Source of the DNA: Marispirochaeta sp.
Lineage (GTDB): Bacteria > Spirochaetota > Spirochaetia > JC444 > Marispirochaetaceae
DNA: 64,000 bases
Direction: 5' to 3'
Assembly: GCA_963676835.2 (NCBI GenBank)
Contig: CAXXFF010000002.1
Location: 1,696,001-1,760,000 of the forward strand
A program made the position numbers and the translations under genes. The notes beneath the pieces were generated by a model, which ran no database searches, was not told where the DNA came from, and saw only the letters and a list, made by a program, of their open reading frames with translations. Positions 57,794-64,000 of this stretch are shown here, in pieces; position 1 is the stretch's first letter; every line of letters begins with the position of its first letter.

Positions 57794-58074
57794 TTCTGCA
57801 TGTCGGCCGCCTGGTTTTTGGAGGTATAACCGCCTTTCTGGCCATCTATCTCTGGTCCCAGACGCGGGATACCCCATGGATGCTGGTTGTCATGGGAGTG
57901 ATACTCCGCTACCTCGAGATTGCCTATTCCACCCTTACGTTCTTCGGGATTATCGATGATTCAGGACTTCTGTTCTCTTCCATTCCGCTGGCACGGCTGA
58001 TCCTCGAAAATATTCCCTATCTGCTCTTTTCGGCTGCCTTTTTTATTGTTATCCGGCGTCAGCGCTTTCATTGA
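57775..58074 (+). CDS. Small membrane protein (3 TM)
   Basis: Hydrophobic 99 aa; RBS AAGGAG. Confidence 0.75.
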   Translation: MGQDLLILHVGRLVFGGITAFLAIYLWSQTRDTPWMLVVMGVILRYLEIAYSTLTFFGIIDDSGLLFSSIPLARLILENIPYLLFSAAFFIVIRRQRFH

Positions 58075-58258
58075 ACTCGATTTCAATAGCTTCAGCGGGA
58101 CAGTCTTCCGCCGCCTGACGGGTTTGCAATTTTTCCTCATCTGTCAGGGGTAGACGCTTGACCCGGGCCCTCTGGTTCTGCATAATGAACGTCTCCGGCA
58201 GGAGTTCCTCACAGAGACCGCAGCCGATGCACATATTTTCATGTATTGATACTCGCAT
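58049..58258 (-). CDS. Single-cluster ferredoxin
   Basis: C.GCGLC...P..F and AA..CP.EAI. Confidence 0.88.
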   Translation of the reverse strand: MRVSIHENMCIGCGLCEELLPETFIMQNQRARVKRLPLTDEEKLQTRQAAEDCPAEAIEIEFNESADAG

Positions 58259-58410
58259 GAGAACAATGTACTAACAGGTATGGTTTCCAGGCAATCTGCC
58301 GACTGAGCATATTTACACTCCTGGCTTGTTCAGCCCCGTTACACCGCTTGACATTCAGGGTGAAGTGTGAAAATATGTGCTCCAATTCTCACTAATTTGA
58401 GGCGATCTGA

Positions 58411-58836
58411 ATGAAGACAATATTCGTAAAACCGGACAAAGTAGAGCGGAAGTGGTTCCTGATCGATGCCGCCGGCAAGCGCCTCGGTCGGGTGGCGACC
58501 GACGTTGTCCGCCTTCTCAGGGGAAAGCACAGGCCTTATTATACTCCCCATCAGGAGATCGGGGATTTCGTAGTTGTTATCAATGCCGATAAGATCGAGG
58601 TAACCGGTAATAAAGCCCAGCGCAAACTGTACTACCGTCACTCCGGATATCCCGGTGGACTGAAGGTAGAGACTTTCAGCGATCTGCTTGCCCGTAAACC
58701 CGAGGCTCCCCTTGAAAAAGCTGTTAAGGGTATGCTCCCAAAAGGACCCCTTGGACGCAAGCTGTTCAAGAATGTGAAAGTTTACGCAGGGGCGGAACAT
58801 CCCCACGGCGCACAGAAGCCCGAAGTTATCGCTTAA
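58411..58836 (+). CDS. rplM: 50S ribosomal protein L13
   Basis: W..IDA....LGR.A, LRGKH.P.YTPH...[27 protein letters not shown]. Confidence 0.98.
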   Translation: MKTIFVKPDKVERKWFLIDAAGKRLGRVATDVVRLLRGKHRPYYTPHQEIGDFVVVINADKIEVTGNKAQRKLYYRHSGYPGGLKVETFSDLLARKPEAPLEKAVKGMLPKGPLGRKLFKNVKVYAGAEHPHGAQKPEVIA

Positions 58837-58867
58837 AAGCGGGCAGTAGAACTAAAGGAGTAAAAGC

Positions 58868-59260
58868 GTGGTTAAAAACTTAGCACTTGGTACCGGACGG
58901 CGTAAAACTTCCGTTGCCCGCATATATCTTCGCGAAGGCAACGGTAAAATTACTGTTAACGGCAAAAACGTTGACGAGTACTTTGCCAACCCCAGTCTGG
59001 TTTTCATGGTAAAACAGCCCCTGGATGTTACTGACTCCCTGACCAAATTTGACCTTGTTATCAATGTTAAAGGCGGCGGAATCAGCGGACAGGCGGGTGC
59101 CTGCAGACACGGAATTGCCCGTGCTCTGACATCCTATGATGATACCAACATCAGACCCCTTCGGGCCAACGGATTTCTTACCCGTGACCCCCGTATGGTG
59201 GAACGGAAAAAGTATGGACAGCCTGGAGCACGGCGGAAATTCCAGTTCTCCAAACGCTGA
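58868..59260 (+). CDS. rpsI: 30S ribosomal protein S9
   Basis: [41 protein letters not shown]...AR...QFSKR. Confidence 0.98.
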   Translation: MVKNLALGTGRRKTSVARIYLREGNGKITVNGKNVDEYFANPSLVFMVKQPLDVTDSLTKFDLVINVKGGGISGQAGACRHGIARALTSYDDTNIRPLRANGFLTRDPRMVERKKYGQPGARRKFQFSKR

Positions 59261-59861
59261 TATCAGCATACTTTCCGCAACATGGGGAACCGCGGAGTCC
59301 TGCGTCAAGCTGGGACTCTCCGACGGTTCCTCTTTTTTTATTCCCATCTTACGTTACGATTCTCTCCGTTTCGCCGAAGGAACTGTTCTCCGTGAAGAGG
59401 ACTACTCTTTTCTTGAAAATGCTGACAATGAATACCGCGCCTGGCGTAAAGCGCTGGAGCTTGTTGCCCGCAGAGAACATTCTACAGGAGAACTGAAAAT
59501 CAAGCTCATGCAGCGGGGATTTGGTTCTGCCGGGATCGATGCTGTCTGTGAGATTCTGCAGACAGAAGGTCTCCTTGATGATCAGCGTTTTGCCCGCATG
59601 TACGCTGAAAACAGACTGCGCCGGAAACCGGAAGGTCCCCTGCTGCTTGAACAGCGGCTGCGGGCAAAAGGGATTTCCGCCGGCATTGCAAGGTCTGTTC
59701 TCGGCGAAGTCTGCACTCCCGAAGCCATAAACGAGGCTATTGAGCGGCTGGTTGAGCGGATTAAGCGAACCCGGGGAGATGACCCTCAAATGCTGCAGCA
59801 TGAGCTAAAGCGAAAGGGTTTTGCCTATCATCATATTTCCTCCTATTTCAATGATTTTTAA
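59214..59861 (+). CDS. recX: Regulatory protein RecX (start uncertain, overlaps the rpsI end)
   Basis: AL.L.ARREHS..EL..KL..RGF, LLDD.RFA..Y, GP..L...LR.KGI, L.RKGF. Confidence 0.85.
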   Translation: MDSLEHGGNSSSPNADISILSATWGTAESCVKLGLSDGSSFFIPILRYDSLRFAEGTVLREEDYSFLENADNEYRAWRKALELVARREHSTGELKIKLMQRGFGSAGIDAVCEILQTEGLLDDQRFARMYAENRLRRKPEGPLLLEQRLRAKGISAGIARSVLGEVCTPEAINEAIERLVERIKRTRGDDPQMLQHELKRKGFAYHHISSYFNDF

Positions 59862-59996
59862 TAAAATCCAAGAAATCTGAATGTAAAATCTAATTTCTCC
59901 AATCTGATAAATTTTTCGTTGACATTTTGGATGTATTTGGTAAACTGAAAAGGTATCTCTGTTATGAAACATCCACGCATCTCACAGGAGAACCAA

Positions 59997-60593
59997 GTGC
60001 CAAAAAATGATAAAAGAATCAGAATCTATTCTGCTCTTGAAGTCGCCAACATCTGCGGTGTTGTAAACCAGACAGCTATAAACTGGATAAAAAACAATCA
60101 CTTAAAGGCTTTTACTACCCCCGGTGGTCAGTACCGTATCTACGCTGAAGACCTTCTCCAGTTTCTTCAGGCCAGAAATATGCGTATTCCTGATGAACTT
60201 CTCGAGCTTACCCGGGACAGTGAAAAACGATCGATTCTGATTATTGATGATGATAAAGACCTCAATGCCATGCTGCGGGAGATAATCACCCGGAAACTTC
60301 CCGAATTTGATGTTGCCCAGGCCTATGACGGCTTTGAAGCCGGAAGGCTTCTTGCGGAGGCGGATCCAGTCTGTGTTATTCTCGATATTGATCTTCCCGG
60401 TATAAACGGTCATAAGCTGTGTACCCGTATGAAGCAGGATCCGGTGCTGAACAAACCGCTGATTATTTCTATCAGCGGACTGGATCCGGGAATCGACGGG
60501 CAGCAGATTCTGGAAGAAGGGGCAGATGCATTCTTTCCCAAGCCCGTTGATTTTGATGCCCTTATTGAAACCATAAAGAGCAAATTGAACTGA
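59997..60593 (+). CDS. Response regulator with N-terminal excisionase-type HTH
   Basis: S..EVA.ICGV...T..NWI....LKA..TPGGQYRI; REC ILIIDD...LDI.LPG.NG...KP; RBS CAGGAG before GTG 59997. Confidence 0.88.
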   Translation: MPKNDKRIRIYSALEVANICGVVNQTAINWIKNNHLKAFTTPGGQYRIYAEDLLQFLQARNMRIPDELLELTRDSEKRSILIIDDDKDLNAMLREIITRKLPEFDVAQAYDGFEAGRLLAEADPVCVILDIDLPGINGHKLCTRMKQDPVLNKPLIISISGLDPGIDGQQILEEGADAFFPKPVDFDALIETIKSKLN

Positions 60594-60612
60594 AAGCAGC
60601 ATGGAGGCTGGA

Positions 60613-60975
60613 ATGAATACGATTCTGATAGTGGAAGATGAGGATGCCATTCGGCTTACCCTGAGGGACTATCTTAAAAAGAAGGGCTATGAGGTACTGG
60701 TTGCTTCCGATGGAGTAGGTGCCATCAAGCTTATGCTTGATAATGAAGTTGATCTTATTGTTTCTGATTACCGCATGAATGTCCTTGGCGGTGATTACTG
60801 GATCAAGTTCCTTCACCGTTTCTGCTCGGAGAAGAAGATTTTTATTACATCCGGTTTCTTGAGACCCGATTTTTCCATTCCCTTCAAGGTGCTTTACAAA
60901 CCCTTTGATTATGCAAGTCTTGCGGAAATGATCGCTGTTGCTCTTGAAGGCGGTGATCCGGCAAAGGTCGAATAG
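60613..60975 (+). CDS. Single-domain response regulator
   Basis: ILIVEDE, LIVSDYRM, ITSG, KPF; RBS GGAGG before ATG 60613. Confidence 0.85.
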   Translation: MNTILIVEDEDAIRLTLRDYLKKKGYEVLVASDGVGAIKLMLDNEVDLIVSDYRMNVLGGDYWIKFLHRFCSEKKIFITSGFLRPDFSIPFKVLYKPFDYASLAEMIAVALEGGDPAKVE

Positions 60976-61285
60976 CCTGGAATGCGACAGGGCCCTTGAG
61001 TTCCATGTATACGGGAGAGTCCAGGGGGTCGGTTTCCGTTATTCAGCCATTACCAGGGCCCGTGCCCTCGGTCTCCGGGGTTTTGTCCGCAATGTCTCGG
61101 ACGGATCCGTCGAGGGCTATGCTGAAGGGGTTCCCGGGAGTATTGCCGCATTCACAGCCTGGCTTCGGCATGGCCCTCCAGGTGCTGATGTGGACAACCT
61201 TGTTACCCGGTCTGTTGATGTAAAGCGGTCGGGAATATCAGGAAGATCAGAAAGAGATTATAAAGACTTCACCCTCTTATGGTGA
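60938..61285 (+). CDS. acyP: Acylphosphatase
   Basis: V.GRVQGVGFR, L.G.V.N..DGSVE...EG, GPP.A.V; start uncertain. Confidence 0.88.
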   Translation: MLLKAVIRQRSNSLECDRALEFHVYGRVQGVGFRYSAITRARALGLRGFVRNVSDGSVEGYAEGVPGSIAAFTAWLRHGPPGADVDNLVTRSVDVKRSGISGRSERDYKDFTLLW

Positions 61286-61307
61286 CAGGTGATAAACGCC
61301 TATGGAT

Positions 61308-61345
61308 AAAAAAAGCCGCTCCGGAAATCCGGAACGGCTTTTTTT
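61308..61345. terminator. Bidirectional intrinsic terminator between acyP and eno
   Basis: A7-GCCG-CTCCGG-AAAT-CCGGAA-CGGC-T7. Confidence 0.9.
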
Positions 61346-61364
61346 GTTACTTGTATGCTGCGAA

Positions 61365-62678
<1,314 letters not shown>

Positions 62679-62796
62679 CTAAACATAGTAATGGGGATCA
62701 GATAAAGAATTATCCAAATAAGGGGGTAAAGTCAAGGCAAGAGGAAGGTTCTAAAGCTTTCTTGACCCGGCGAAAGGCAACTTATAGAATACTACT

Positions 62797-64000
62797 ATGC
62801 TTTACTCCCGGCTTTTTGGTAAAACACTCCGCGACCGCCCCCAGGAGGGCATTTCAGCCAGTTTCCAGCTTCTTCAGCAGGCCGGATACGTACGTACCCT
62901 TGGGAATGGTCTTGTGTCCCTGCTTCCTCTGGGGATGAAGGTTTTCCGCCGTGTTACGGAGCTTATCCGGGAAGAGATGGAAGGTCTGGGCGGACAGGAG
63001 GTTATGGTTCCTCTGGTCAATCCGCTGGATATCTGGCAGAAAGGCGGACGAACCGAGATGATCGGTGATTCAATGGTCCGTTTCAGCGATCGCCATGGCC
63101 ATGAGCTGGTTCTTTCTCCTACCCATGAGGAAGCCATGGTGGAGCTTCTGCGGATCGGACTCAACTCCTACAGAGATCTGCCGGTACTTTTGTACCAGTT
63201 TCAGACCAAGTTCAGGGATGAGCAGAAGGTAAAAGGCGGGCTTATCCGCTCCAAGGAGTTTGTAATGAAGGATGCCTACTCCTTTCACCGCTCCTTTGCA
63301 GATCTGAACAACTTTTTTCCCCGTATGTTCCAGGCTTATCAGCGTATTTTCTCGCGACTGGGGCTGGATGTGATTCCCGCTGAATCCGGAGTAGGCTATA
63401 TGGGCGGCCACCGGGCTTATGAGTTCCTTCTTCCCTCAAAGGAAGGAGATGATGTGGTGGTAACCTGCGATAACTGCGGCTACCGGGCCAACCGTGAGGT
63501 TGCCATTGCCCATAAGGATTACGCCTCTGAAACTCCTCTGCCCGCAGAGCGCATCCGTACTCCTGAATGTAATTCCATGCACCGTCTGTCAAAGTTTCTC
63601 AAGCTGCCCAAGTCAAAACTGGTAAAATCCATGATGTACCAGTCCCTTCAGGGGCTGGTGCTTGCTGTTGTGCGGGGTGACTACGAGATAAGTGAGGACA
63701 AGCTCGGGCAGATCAGCGGCCGGCAGATTACCGGTCTGGCCCCGGTGGATGTTCTTGAATCACGGGGAATAGCACCGGGCTACCTTTCGCCCATGGGACT
63801 CCCTGATGATATTCTGATTGTTGTGGATGATTCCGTGGTTAACAGCAATAATCTAGCCATGGGAGGAAATGAGGCAGGGCTTCATTATGTGAACATCAAC
63901 TTCGGCCGGGATTTTGAGTCTCCTCTTGTTGGTGATATAGCCAGGATCCACGGCAAGGACAGCTGTTTTCAGTGCGGTACACCCTTGCGGGAGGTCCGTG
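62797..64000 (+). CDS. proS: Proline--tRNA ligase (bacterial type with INS editing domain), divergent; truncated by window end and absent from the ORF track
   Basis: Translated by eye: MLYSRLFGKTLR...LLPLG...IREEM...PTHEE...SYRDLP..LYQFQTKFRDE...GL.R..EF.MKDAYSFH...VRGD. Confidence 0.9.
   Translation, partial: MLYSRLFGKTLRDRPQEGISASFQLLQQAGYVRTLGNGLVSLLPLGMKVFRRVTELIREEMEGLGGQEVMVPLVNPLDIWQKGGRTEMIGDSMVRFSDRHGHELVLSPTHEEAMVELLRIGLNSYRDLPVLLYQFQTKFRDEQKVKGGLIRSKEFVMKDAYSFHRSFADLNNFFPRMFQAYQRIFSRLGLDVIPAESGVGYMGGHRAYEFLLPSKEGDDVVVTCDNCGYRANREVAIAHKDYASETPLPAERIRTPECNSMHRLSKFLKLPKSKLVKSMMYQSLQGLVLAVVRGDYEISEDKLGQISGRQITGLAPVDVLESRGIAPGYLSPMGLPDDILIVVDDSVVNSNNLAMGGNEAGLHYVNINFGRDFESPLVGDIARIHGKDSCFQCGTPLREVR

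Overview
A 64 kb chromosomal segment from a free-living spirochaete (probably Spirochaetaceae). The assignment rests on a short AlaRS, archaeal-type PyrH, stand-alone FliG1, a BB0236/TP0421-like TPR-NHL protein and the rplM-rpsI-recX order. Most of it is housekeeping: rho-rpmE, galK-surE, prfA-prmC-rel-rlmI, prfC, alaS, rlmN, hisZGB, recG, dnaE, pyrH, lolA-rodZ-rimO-pcrA, eno, a proS running off the right edge, and tRNA-Leu(CAA). The standout is an accessory island at about 11.2-18.8 kb. There a clear cobalamin riboswitch heads a translationally coupled operon: an unrecognised tandem-duplicated lipoprotein, a BtuH-like lipoprotein, a BtuB-like TonB-dependent transporter, a BtuG-like beta-propeller lipoprotein and TonB. 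This resembles the Bacteroidota surface-lipoprotein-assisted B12 capture system, here in a spirochaete and with an extra candidate corrinoid-binding protein. Next to it are a BspA/DUF285 lipoprotein, a perfect 24-bp palindrome and a Flavo-1-like RNA. Other notable signals are widespread leaderless genes, a mini-element duplicating the tRNA-Leu 3' end, a TM2/winged-helix paralog pair with a stand-alone MshEN protein, and several enzymes with altered key residues (HPr Asn46, GalK lacking its catalytic Arg, divergent ProRS). All family assignments come from motif recognition by eye; no searches were run.
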